A stretch of 61,390 nt of DNA, filler included, from Platydemus manokwari (Eukaryota): assembly GCA_037951405.1 (NCBI GenBank). It is 5 parts of 5 records of this genome, joined end to end, with 100 filler letters (N's around TTAATTAATTAA, not from the genome) between each part and the next. Parts side by side here need not be neighbours in the genome. Positions count along the whole stretch, not along the records: positions 20,823 to 33,952 come from JBBMOY011830278.1; positions 34,053 to 46,554 come from JBBMOY010110009.1; 3 more parts are not named here. One strand, given 5' to 3'. The translations under genes and the position numbers were made by a program. The notes below the pieces were generated by a model. It ran no database searches. It was not told the origin of the DNA and worked only from the letters and a program-made list of their open reading frames with translations. Of the stretch, positions 24,130-36,439 are shown one piece after another. The first letter of the stretch is position 1. The number at the start of each line of letters is the position of its first letter.

Positions 24130-27100
24130 AGGCTCTACTTCGCGAACCCACATTAAGAGTTTCATGTCAGTAAAAATATTTCACATAGAGGCGGAACTTG
24201 GATTTATGATAAATGATTTTAAAATAATCGATAATCCATCGATAGCCACCGCATTGAAAAGATTTATACACTATAAAACTTTAACTGTAATAATTTACTA
24301 AGCCGCAAATCACTTTCATTGCCGGTCATTTAATCAGTACACTTCTAAAGGATGCTTACATCACTTACAAGGCTCATACCAACAATCGAAATCTCAATCC
24401 ACCAGCCTGGTCAAGAGAACTCAACCAACTAGCAATCAACAACCATAACTGATAGTAATCCTATCTACTAGAAAATCGAGAAATTCTCTAAGAATCTCAA
24501 ACAAGCAAACTTACCGGACGTACCAAAGGATTAATCAATTTTATAAAAAGATGTGAGGACTTGTGCCACCGCATCGTGAAGATTTTTATGTTTATGCTAA
24601 ATAAATTTTATTCTCTTCTTATTTAAATCGCAACCTACATACTTCACACAAAACACAACAGATCTGGAGTCTTACCTGTACAACAGCGAGCACCTCGATA
24701 ACTAATCTCTCACACATCCACAACTAGTATAAAAACCAATAAGTTTATAAGCATAAAAAATAAGTGTTTACTGTACAACTTAAAAAGGAGTTAAAGACTA
24801 AAGATGAAATGAAGTGGCAAAGATTAGATGATAGAATACACGAAAGTAATCAGGGAGCAGTGAATATTTACAATTTAATTTTCGGAAATATTCACCAGCT
24901 AGAAATGAATAGGGAAAACAATGCTATTGCAATAATAGTTTAAACACCCGAAATAACCCGAAAAATATTCATAGAAAAACTTTTAGACCAGGTAAAAATC
25001 ATTTGGGAAAAAATAAAATGTTTTGAAGATATATACAAAAATCAATATATGATAAATTCATCTGAGGGAATAATCACTTAGGGAGTCGACATAAGAAAAC
25101 CTATAAATATAAATTTCTGGTATTACGAGAAAAACTGAAACAATTTTAGGAAAAATTAGAGTGACAAAGACTAAAATCCAAAACCTGGTCAAAGAATGCA
25201 CAATAGGAAACACTGAAAACTCAGCAAAAATATGGCATTTGCACTCGAGTGGTGTTCTAATAGATTTCATCTAATTTATAAAACATTTAAAACTGTTCCA
25301 ACCCCTAGAGAGCTGAGATGAGTGAAAAAAGAAAGCAACAATGTAATGTGTCGTGCCTTTACTGAGCTGATGACGTTACGAATCAAAAGCTTCTAGACCC
25401 AAGCAGTTCAAAACCTATCATAGAAAAATGAATCAAACTTATATTTAAATAAATCTTATGACCCAGCTCAAACATCTGAATGACCTAGAAAAACATTCAT
25501 AGACAATCTCCAGTCATGTGAGATTGACGCGTAGCAATTAATGTATAAAACAAAACTGTCTATAGGAAAATATTTTATTTAATTTGGAAATTATTTAAGA
25601 AATAATTGTAAATATCAGTTGAAATTTAAATGTATAATTATAGATAACAGAAACAATAAATGTAAATATCAGTTAAAGAATAAAAATTTATATATTAAAT
25701 AAATATATCCCAATTAAATTTTGCACCAACTATAGTGAATATTCATAACACCCAGACTGATGTCATTATAAATTCTCCCGAAGGAATTCAACTTGAGGTA
25801 TTTTCTTCACCCCAGTTGAAACCAAATTTTCAAACGGATTATTCACAGATAAAAATCAGGGCTAAAAACATCCCTTACACCACATTGACTGAATTAATAG
25901 AACCTGATCAACAAGATCTAGTCAGATTAAGGGAAACGAACAGAAGAAAACATAATCAGAGCAACTATTATATGGGGGTATCAAAAATAAAGGGATTAAT
26001 GGACTCTGAGGAAGCAAACAACAAAATAATTGAATAAACAAGAGGAAAAATTTTGATTGGATATGATCTCAAAAGAAAATTTAAATCCATGTCGATATTT
26101 TTACAAGGAGCGATTGCAGTGTGGGAAAGAATGAACGAAAATAATTGAGTTCTAAGTAAAAATCTGAAAGAAATATATGCAGCAATTGACATATGAATAG
26201 TTGAAAGCAAATTAGAAAGATAAAGAAAGTAATAATGGAGAAACAAGAAATGATTAATGAAGCTATTAATAAATTTGGATGGGTAGATAGAGAAGCATTG
26301 ACATCAAACACTGTGATTTGGACAAAAAATCAATTATAGAAATTAAAATAAGCAGAGGAACAGATGTATGAAAACGAAATTTTGGAAAAATACCATGAAC
26401 CTATCGTCCCATAAACCTTTGTGACAGAAAGGGAACCCAATAGGGTATGGATATTGATATCATTAGTTGAAGAGCTTAAAGACAAGGAGTCCATGGAGGC
26501 CATCAGGCAGCGCCTCGGTGAGGAATATTACCTCGCAGAAAAGTATGTGAATAAAAAAGAAAAATTGAAGAGCAAGTTAAAGCAAAAGAGCAATAGACCG
26601 AAGAAAAAACAGATGAGCTGGATTTGGGAATAGATAGCAGACAGGGAACAAGACGAAGATCTCCATATAGGAGCTGCAAATATGAAGCGGCTATTAGGAA
26701 GAAGCATCAGAATGGGAGGAAAGTCGAGAAAAGAATTGGATAATATTAAAAGTAAAGTAAAAAAAGATGGAGGAAAGAATGTAAAAAAATAGACCGAAAG
26801 ATGAAAGAGATAAAGGAAAAATGGAAGACCAATGGAATCTAAGGAAAAGTGGAATTAATAAAGAATCCACAAATCAAATGTAGGAGATGCTAGAGATAAA
26901 GAATATAATGAATGACTGCGAGAAGAAGTAGAAAAAAAGGAATCAGCAGGAGGTGAAAGTCCAAAAAGGAGGCATATTCTCCAATCAATGAGAGAACCTT
27001 TGAACCAGCATTAACCCAACAAATAAAGAAATCCAAACAAAATGCAACCCAAACGACTGAAGAACAAAGACAGGTAGAAAAGTAAATATGGGATGCCACA

Positions 27101-27330
27101 CCAAATGTGGATCTCGATAGTGAAATTCCATGGGTGCCTTAAATCTGAGATTAAAATTGAACAAAAAGAAGCCTAATGAAGAGAGGATCAAAGGGGAAGC
27201 CTCGGAAGTTATTTAGAAGCCACGAGGACGAGGATCATTAAACCCCGAAGTAGAGTTGGGATCTCTCACCAACAAAAAGACACATTGCACCAAATGTAAA
27301 TAAACAATAACATAGACTGCATCAATATCT
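24130..27330 (+). mobile_element. Decayed large retroelement-like region: LTR-like segment followed by broken purine-rich ORFs
   Basis: 24625-24690 (AATCGCAACCTACATACTTCACA..AAACACAAC..GTACAA.AGCG) matches the reverse complement of 56815-56883. Strong A/G strand bias and fragmented ORFs (25735-26037, 26421-26633). Confidence 0.5.
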
Positions 27331-29459
27331 TTGTAATCTTACAACAATGTATACAAAATACAATCCTTAATCCTTGACTATGGATGTGGAGGAAGACGAG
27401 CAAACCAGATGATCAAGAAAATTGTATGTATTAAATTAACAACAATTATATGTTATTGAACAATTTGTTGTTTCTTTGATATTCCATGATTAAATATTTT
27501 TTAATGATTGTTCTGTCAACAATTATTTTCATTGATTATTTTTGTTATTTGTATGGGTAATATAATACGGTAATATAAATAAAATAATTAAAATGATAAC
27601 GAGTAATGAAATTAAATAAATAACTATAATTAATAATAATATTTAAAAAATTGTAATGAATAATGTAAAAACTAATAAAATAGGAAATCACAAGATAGGA
27701 ATTAAGGAAATACATCTTAAAAATTTCAAAGATAGTTGCAGATACATGAAATTATTTAATACATTATTTGTGAAAAAATGTGGTCATGGGCTTGAAGCAC
27801 TATAAATACATCGTCGATGTGACCAACAACATAATTTCGAATCAATATTACAATACGAAATTTTTTAATCATATTGATATCACTCGAAATACATATTAGG
27901 TTACAGAAGACTTTGTTGATCATATTAAATTTATTCGGAGGACTTTCGTTTACAGGAGAATATTTTGTTGCGAGAATTATTCGGATTTTTACCAATTGAG
28001 CGGAGTAAGAGATAATCTGTAATTTGATTAATTTTCAAGTTCATTTAATTAATTAGTAATATTAATAATTGCAATAATTAATCTCTTTTCTACATTTGAC
28101 TTCTCCGTCCGCTTACGGATTGTTCAGTAAATCCCTTTCGCGAATATTGCATAAATCTTCATGATATATTTTTAACAATTTTTAATATTTTTGTTTCTCA
28201 AATATATTTTCAAACCAATCTTCTAACTGAACATAGATATGGGAAAGCACTTATTGATTGTTGATATTATAAGCTTAGAATCGCTCACAAGGTCATAACT
28301 AGCCTTTTCATCATTAAGAAAAATTAATATAGGCGAAAATATAACAAAAAGATTGGATTAAACAAATATATGAAATGAATTAATTTTTGATTATTTATGA
28401 GATGAATATGAAGATTATATTAAAATCGAAGTATTTGGTTAGAAACTTTATCAATAATTAATTTTAAATGTGAATGAAAATATAACATAGAAATTATATT
28501 TTCTGGATATCCTGGATTTAACCGATGAAGGTATAATGGATTGCAATATTTAAGTTGAATAAAGTTTATGAAAAAAAATTATGAGTTAGGAATCTATTAA
28601 TACTCGTACATATTTTGAAATATCAGTTGGATGAAATTGATGAGTGCGATTAAAGTGTATTCTAAAAGGTGATATAAGTTGCGATTTTAAATTTTAAATG
28701 GTGATAATTTAAGTACCCGATGGAAGTTGTTAATTGGTATTGTAATGATAAAAATGATAATTTTAAAATTTCAAGAATTAAGATGCATTATTTAAGTAGG
28801 TAAAGTTAATAAATTTAATTCAAGATGAATATTTAAAAAAATTATGAAATAAGGTTTTTAATTTTAAGATTTGAGACTTAAGTTAGACGATAGTATTATA
28901 TTGAGATGGAATTTATGAAAGTTAATAATTAAGATTTTAAAATTTTGAGCGTTGAGAAATGTTATTAATTAGTATTTTTTTAGAAGCTCTATTTGACAGG
29001 ATTCGGTCAGGTCGAATTGTTGAAAACTATATTGACTGAACTGCAAAACCTTTCAATGTCAAATGACCTACTGGTCGTTGATGATATTGTTCATTAGTCC
29101 GAGCACTGATCACCCAAAAATCAACGATAGTTAAGGCCCACCATCAGACTTCATGGACGATGTGCTCATTTCATTCTTAATTAAGTCTTAAACTGATACG
29201 TCCAGGAGAATAACTGAAATATATACAGAACAACATGGTTAAATATGATTTTTAGTTAATCAATATTGTTCAAGAAGCAGAGGTAAAAACCATTTTGTGA
29301 TTGGGAGTACTGTCGGGATAATATACCCACTCAGACTGCAAGCCTTATAATATAATATGTCACATAATAATAAATAATAAACTCACATTAATTAAAATTT
29401 AGGTATGGGGGCGAAATCATATTAATAATAACCATAAAATTTTTGAAAAATTAATTATT

Positions 29460-30100
29460 AATTCACGTTGCCATGGCATTTCTAAGCATAGTCATAGAAA
29501 TTCAAATTTAAATTACCATAACAACGGTGGATATTGCGAAGGGAATTAATAAATTAAATATAAAATTAATCATGCGCCCACATCCCAAATCACTATTAAT
29601 ACTGAAGTAAAATTCAGTATTTTCGCCACAAGACTAAACTAATTCAAAGCTCCAGTGCTATATTTATAACTTTAATATTACTAAATATCTCAAGCGAACC
29701 AAATATTTCAATTTTCTAAATTCAGCACGTTTATGCCAAAATTGCAATGATAAATTTACTTTGTTTCATAGACAACCTGGTATAATTCTTTGCGAGATTT
29801 GTTGTTAGTGAGTACTAAACCTTCCAAAGTCGTAACTGAATTTGTGAGCTATAAAACCATATTTCTTTAGTTTTTATACCGCAGTGAGGCGCCACTTAGT
29901 TCCCTCCGGTGGTTTTAAAACTCTTCAGGGCAAGACAGCTTCTTTCTAAAATCTATTGCATCACACATTTGTCAATTTTTATTATAATAAATTATTCTAT
30001 CATATTTTTATTGTTATTTCTATTTATATTATCTACACGCAACCTATTAATCTGTGAAGTTTCAGATATTGGTGGAAACATCAATTTCTAACTCATGTAC
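29460..30100 (-). repeat. Dispersed non-coding repeat family A, copy 2 (inverted)
   Basis: Reverse-complement matches to copy 1, e.g. AATTGATGTTTCCACCAA (30069-30086), ATATTTCTTTAGTTTT and GCGCCCACA. Confidence 0.7.
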
Positions 30101-30599
30101 TCTCATCTAATAATATAGTAAATTATAGATCGAAAAATAGTTGATTTATTATTAATTAATCACCAAATAACCCAACCAAACAGGTTTCTATCAGTACCAA
30201 TATTATCTTTATTTAGATTTTATCAATATCCGCTTTTACACAGTAATTATTGATGCAGAAGTGAATTCTTTAGATTTATCAAAACAAACATTTGAAAAAA
30301 TGGAGAAAAGAAATTTTAAATTTGGAATCACTGATTACTACAATACCGAACATTTACATATATTGACATAAATATTCATATAAATTTGTTTTAATTACCA
30401 AATGGTTTTCAATAATTGACTAGGTTTTTCTGATTTAATATAAATTTGAATAAGCATAAATAAGTCGTTAACCTAATTGTTATTTAGCGTGATTAATTGG
30501 TATAGCAGGTTATAAACTCACCCCCATAGTTTATTCAAAACACGTAAACTAATATCTGCCGAAATATGAATTAAATATCCAAACTTCTATAGAATATTA

Positions 30600-31673
30600 T
30601 TCTTTTAAGTAGCATTACAACATTGCAGAAGCAGCTGGTGATGTTAAATTTTCGCTATGCGGATAGTGTTTATAGTTACCGTGCAATAGTGTACCATAAT
30701 AGTGCCAAAGCTTGCCAAGAACTAAAACAACTTCGCAATCATGCACCGCCATGCAGGACAACAGTGCATTATTGGAAACTGAAGTTTGAAGAAACTGGAA
30801 ACTTATCCACTAGGTTCTGATCAGGAAGACCATCTGATGAAATCATGAAGGAAAAGGTGGTAAATTTTGTAAAATAGAATGAGGGCACAAATCAACGAGA
30901 AACGACAAGAGTGTAGGACTTCAAAAACTTCTGTTCACAGATACCTCAAGAAGAAAAATAAAACCTTTCAAATATTCTTTTAATCAAGCATTGGAAGAAG
31001 ATATGAGTTAAATACTGTTCTTGGATTTTCTCAGATGAAGCTTCGTTTTATCTAAACGGTCCCGTACGAAAACACAATAGATTTTATTACGCTAAAGAAA
31101 ATGAGCATCGTGTGTTATCTGCACAGCTTAAATCACCTGGACTGACCATTTGGGCGGCTATGCCATATGATCTTGTTATAACCTTCAATGTCAGTTGTGA
31201 AACAATGAACAAAGGGCGGTATGTCAACATTGATATCAACACAGTTGTGCCTCGCTTCACTTCAGCATATCAACATTTTTCACAGACGTGTATTGGTCAT
31301 AGAGGACCAACGAATGGCCACCAAGATCTCCAGACTTCACGGTATTGGACTTTTGGCTATGGAGTTATATCAAGGATCGAGTTTATGCAATCCATTACAA
31401 ATTTTAAAAAGCTCAACGAACATGAAGAAGCAATTTCTCATGAATTAATAAACATCAATCAAGAAGTCCTCTGTAAATGTTGTTCAAGATTCAGGAAACG
31501 ATGCAATCTCTAGAGCAAGATGGTGAACATCTTGAGCAGTTGCTATGAAATTTCTTATAATTTACCCTTATTTGTTCTTACTTCGTTGTGCATTAAAATA
31601 ACTCAATACATTTAGTTTGTTCTTACTGTTGTTTTATTTTAGTTTTAAAGACGGAGACTTATGAATCGTACGG
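30600..31673 (+). mobile_element. Tc1/mariner-superfamily transposase pseudogene (maT/DD37D-like)
   Basis: HTH region PPCRTTVHYWKLKFEETGN..SGRP, FSDEASFYLNG (from 31028), SPGLTIWAAM and EWPPRSPDFTVLDFWLWSYIKDRVY (~31312-31386). Stops, frameshifts and loss of the second-Asp segment. Candidate right end followed by TA at 31674. Confidence 0.88.
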
Positions 31674-33952
31674 TATATGTAAATATTTAGTTATTAGAAA
31701 AACTAATTGTATAATGATTCGGCAATGTTAAATTAAATTGTTGAATTTGTTTTCCCTAAACAAATATTTTTTCTATTTAAATTTTTTGTTCTTAAACATT
31801 CATGATTTACCACCAATATATATTATCATAAGATTGCAACATTCTTATATTAATCCTCGCATTATTATTTTACTTATCATTAACCAAACGGAGCAATTGT
31901 AGCTAATGATACACGAAAAAATTAACTTAACATTTGCAATAGTAAATATTTAGAATAAATAATACAAAAGTGAAGTAGAATAATAACATTAATAAAAAAG
32001 AAACATGCTCAATCCCATAAAAATAAAATACAATCATAATCTACCTAAACAACTTGTTCCACGCATTTAATACATTGTTTAGTTAATATACATTAGATTC
32101 ATAAGCATTTCGATATTTAATCGAAATGTTATTACATTCAATAATGTCAATCCGATCGAGGTAATGGCATAAATTAAAAATATCACTTTTTAAAAGGCTT
32201 ACAAATTTTGTGTTCTAAATAAACCGTACAATATTCTCGGAGTCAGAAGACATATTACAATTCTTGTATTATTCCAATATTTGTTATTTATTCCTTTTAA
32301 TTGCACTAAAATGCCAAATTACATAATTTTTTCCTCCCTGTTCGACCATAGCTACTTCTAAATCTATTTTATTTCGTTATTAAATTTTATTTTTCATTAC
32401 CAGCTTAATTCCATATTATTTATTAATTTTTCGATTACATTTATTATTTTAGGTATTTTTATCATTTCATTTTACTATTTCAAATATTACTAATAATAAT
32501 TTTGTTTTTAGGTTATAGTTCTGATTATTTTAAAATAAATTGTTCAAAAATTTCAAGCACTTAAATTATAAGCATTATTATATTTTAAGTATCCGTTAAT
32601 GAATAAAGTGGAGGCAAAGCGAAATGAACCAAAATCAAAATATACGAATACAGATTAACCACATCATCGAAAAAATTTTAGCAAAAAATTTATTGCGTTT
32701 ACGATATTAATCCTATAAGTCATATCAAGTTAGAGAATTACCATGTATTATTGAGCAAATTGAATATTAAAAAAGCAGTATTTAATATTAAACAAAAATT
32801 CGCATTCTCAATATTACACATTACGTCCACTTAGAGACATAATTCATGTTATTAATTATTTTCTATCTTAGTTTGTGTCAATAATGTATAGTTTTGCTTT
32901 GCCTTTTCAAATATTTATTATTACTACATTGTATATTGTTGCCACATTTTGAGTGAAAAATTATTATTAGAAATGTTTGTCAAGATCTACATAGCATTTA
33001 ACATTGAATTAAAGCACTTACAATGAAACATGCTCGAAAATTGTAGAAAATAGAAACAATGTAGTAAATATATTAAAATTCATGAAAAATTATTATCTAA
33101 CCAAATGGAAGTGAATTTAGATGAACAATACAATAATCAGATTATACATTTAAGAGCTCGTTACTTAAGACTTATTTTTTGCAATCGATAGTCGTGATCA
33201 GATATAACCGTATGGCTTGTAATATTTATATGTCAGAACAATCAAACATGGCTTTTATACTTTAATTTTGATATTTAAAGGATATAAACAATTATGAAAA
33301 TTGCAAATATGCAAAATACATTTTTAAAGATTTAATTTAAATGATTGATAAGTTGAATAAAGTGAATAAACTTGAACATATATACTAACAATTGTCACCA
33401 ATTAAGCCAATATTTAGAAGATAAGAATTTGAATTTCCAAATTAAGAATAAATAAATTTTTTATCAGAAAAGTACTATAAAAGCATCCATTTTATTGATA
33501 GTTATAAGAAACACTGTTGGCGCTGGAATGTCATTTGTACTTTTTGTACCGATTTTGATCCGAGAAATTTTTCAAAGGAAACGATATTTATAAATATAAA
33601 TCATTTAAAACGATATAAAAATATAAGATATTTCAACAAAAAGAAATTATTTTTAGGATAACATTGAGGCCATAAGATTAACTATTGCACTATCGAATTG
33701 CAATATCAAATGTAATATTCGAAAAACAATTTAGAGTTATTTGTGTTAATCTAATTTAAAAAAATTTCCCATCTATTCGGGCGAGAAAAACTGAAAGATA
33801 TTGTTATGCTAAAGATAAAAATACCTTTTTAACTTATTCCTAAAATATCATAATTTTCTAAGTAATAAAATAATTTATATACTGGTCATCATAATTTTTG
33901 ACACACCCGATAACCTCCGAAATAACTACCCGTTTTATATGAAATTTTGCTA

Positions 33953-34052
33953 NNNNNNNNNNNNNNNNNNNNNNNNNNNNNNNNNNNNNNNNNNNNTTAA
34001 TTAATTAANNNNNNNNNNNNNNNNNNNNNNNNNNNNNNNNNNNNNNNNNNNN
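33953..34052. other. Artificial scaffold spacer
   Basis: Same 100-nt N/TTAATTAATTAA structure. Confidence 0.95.
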
Positions 34053-35364
34053 AGTGAAACTTAAGTTGATTCGAAGTCTGAGAGAGAAATATGTTATAAC
34101 TGAATCAGTGAGTGACTTGATCTATGGAAAAGTCATTATTGCTTAAAATCTTTGTTAATAATGAATAAATATTATAAAAACATTTGAGACTTGATATGTT
34201 TAATTGTGATCATTTGGATGTGAAGTTATATTAATAATATTTAATATAATCATATCTCTTGTAATAATAATTGGTAGTTCTGATATTAAACATGTATTCA
34301 TAGCTTGTAAAATTATAAAATGAAACAAAATAAATGTCATGCAAATTTATACTGATATCATCTTTTATTTTAAAATTAAATTATTACTTGGTTACATTTT
34401 AGAGCAAAGAAAATAATCGAGAATCTATATTTTATGATAAAATTATTACAATAAAGATGTGTTAGACATGGACTAACGCTGAATATTATAATCATTAGGT
34501 TACAGTTTAAAATCAAATTATCAATATTGGTACCTTAAAACAACACCCTCAAACAACAAAGTTGGTTTACAATTTTAATAAATATTATAATGGTTTTCGA
34601 AAATTAGGTGATAAATCTAGTAATTTCACATCAATATCTCATATTTCTGAACAATTATGTAAGACTAATGTGAAATCCAATTAGTTCAAGCTGTTTCATC
34701 GATTTCGAATTACTTACTTGCTTATATAATGATATTATTATTTAATATTATAATTAAATAAAAATAATAAAATTAATTGATAAGAATGATTATTATTATT
34801 TTATTTTATTATTATTTTATTGTCGAATATGGATTATTCGAAATGAAATAACCATAACGAACTAATAAGAAGTACCATAAAACAAGGTTTTCAATTCTTA
34901 GAAATATATGAATGCTAACCCATACATACACAAGGACTGACCAGCATCAGCTCTGATAAATCGACTTCTCTAAAATTAAAATTAAAATCCGATAAATCAG
35001 AACATCGAATAAAAGTCCAGCACACATCACAGAAAAACTGGACTGTAATTCTTTTAGTATATATGTGATCCATTCATGTTGATTGACTTTGTTAGTGCTA
35101 AGTTTGAGCTGATAGTACTTCCAATTCACAATTCGTGTTTTGATATATCAACAGTATTATTATTGTCATTCATAAATGTGATGTGTTTCGTGGTTGCTTG
35201 TTTAAAATTATTTCTTTATCAGTCTCAATATTTTATACACTATGGATCAATGCCGTCATGACCAGTCTCAATGAGTTCTGATTCACCTCTAAGATACACT
35301 CTAAGAAGCCTTATGCTATATTTTATTGTCTTCACCTCGCTATCAATACTATATGGAGATAGTA

Positions 35365-35517
35365 TGTTAGGCAGCAATGTGCAACTGTCAGTTGCTACAA
35401 TCCAATAAACCACCCAAGACGTTATTATATCATCAGTAATAAAATAGTGTATATAACATTGTAATTGTATTAAATAAATTATTCAGTATAAAACGACTTA
35501 TTTCTAACATGGCGACC
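35365..35517 (+). mobile_element. Short (145 bp) 5' LTR plus PBS of a Ty3/Gypsy element
   Basis: Inverted termini TGTTAG (35365) and CTAACA (ends 35509), internal AATAAA and TATATAA, immediately followed by TGGCGACC and the gag frame. Confidence 0.72.
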
Positions 35518-36414
35518 AATGTCCAGAATTTTATCGAGTTTCCAGAGCAATTAAAGGCTAAAGATGATTTGGAGAAATTCATTATAGAAACAAAGAGATT
35601 CTTCGAGCTGATTCAACAGCCAAGAGAATTCGAAGAAACACTGGTGAAGGCTTTTCTTAAAATAGAATTGCTACCAATACATGATACCACTGAAGGAAGA
35701 GGTTTTGAAGAGAGGCTTAGAAAAGTGGTTGAGCCTAAAATCAACCTCACTGCAGATATTATGTAGCATTAAGATACCGGAAAGGAAAGGAAGAAAATTG
35801 CAATCAATTATTCGAAAAAATCGAGAAACTAACAGACAATATTCTCAGACATAAATTAACCAAGTCATCATTAATGATGTTTTTAACTCAACACGTAATT
35901 GAAGATGTGGAAATAAAAAAGAGATGAAAATTCGGGACATAAGAACAGTACATCAAGGAAAAGCCATCAGTCAGAAGATGGAAGACATCCAAAAAGAAAT
36001 CAAGGGAGAAGAATCACTTTCTGCAATTCATAGGGAAGTGTCATTTGCAAATATAACAAAGGATGCTAATCAATGGGATGCTCGAAGTGGAAGAAGCCAA
36101 CTCTCAAGTCGTCTCTAAATGAACTATATCGTAACTCATTGAAAGAAACTCGACGATGTTTGGCTTGCGGTCAACTTGGACACATCAGAGCTCAATGCAA
36201 TAATGTACAGTGCCTTTGCTGCGATAGAAATGACCATTTTCAATATCAATGCAGAGTATCTAACCAAGTCAGTACTAGATACTCCAGAAGAAATGATAAC
36301 AGTGCACCCAGCGAAGACACTTCAAGAACTTTCAGAACCGAGGCAGACTTGATCCACAATCTAAAGGATCATTTTATTCAAAATCAGGAGGGCAGAAGCG
36401 GTTTAATGCCATGA
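35509..36414 (+). pseudogene. gag: Gypsy-type gag pseudogene with two CCHC zinc knuckles
   Basis: Three consecutive ORF pieces (35509-35766, 35924-36118, 36073-36414); CX2CX4HX4C motifs CLACGQLGHIRAQC and CLCCDRNDHFQYQC. Confidence 0.8.
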
Positions 36415-36439
36415 ATTACTATGATGACTATGGATTTCA

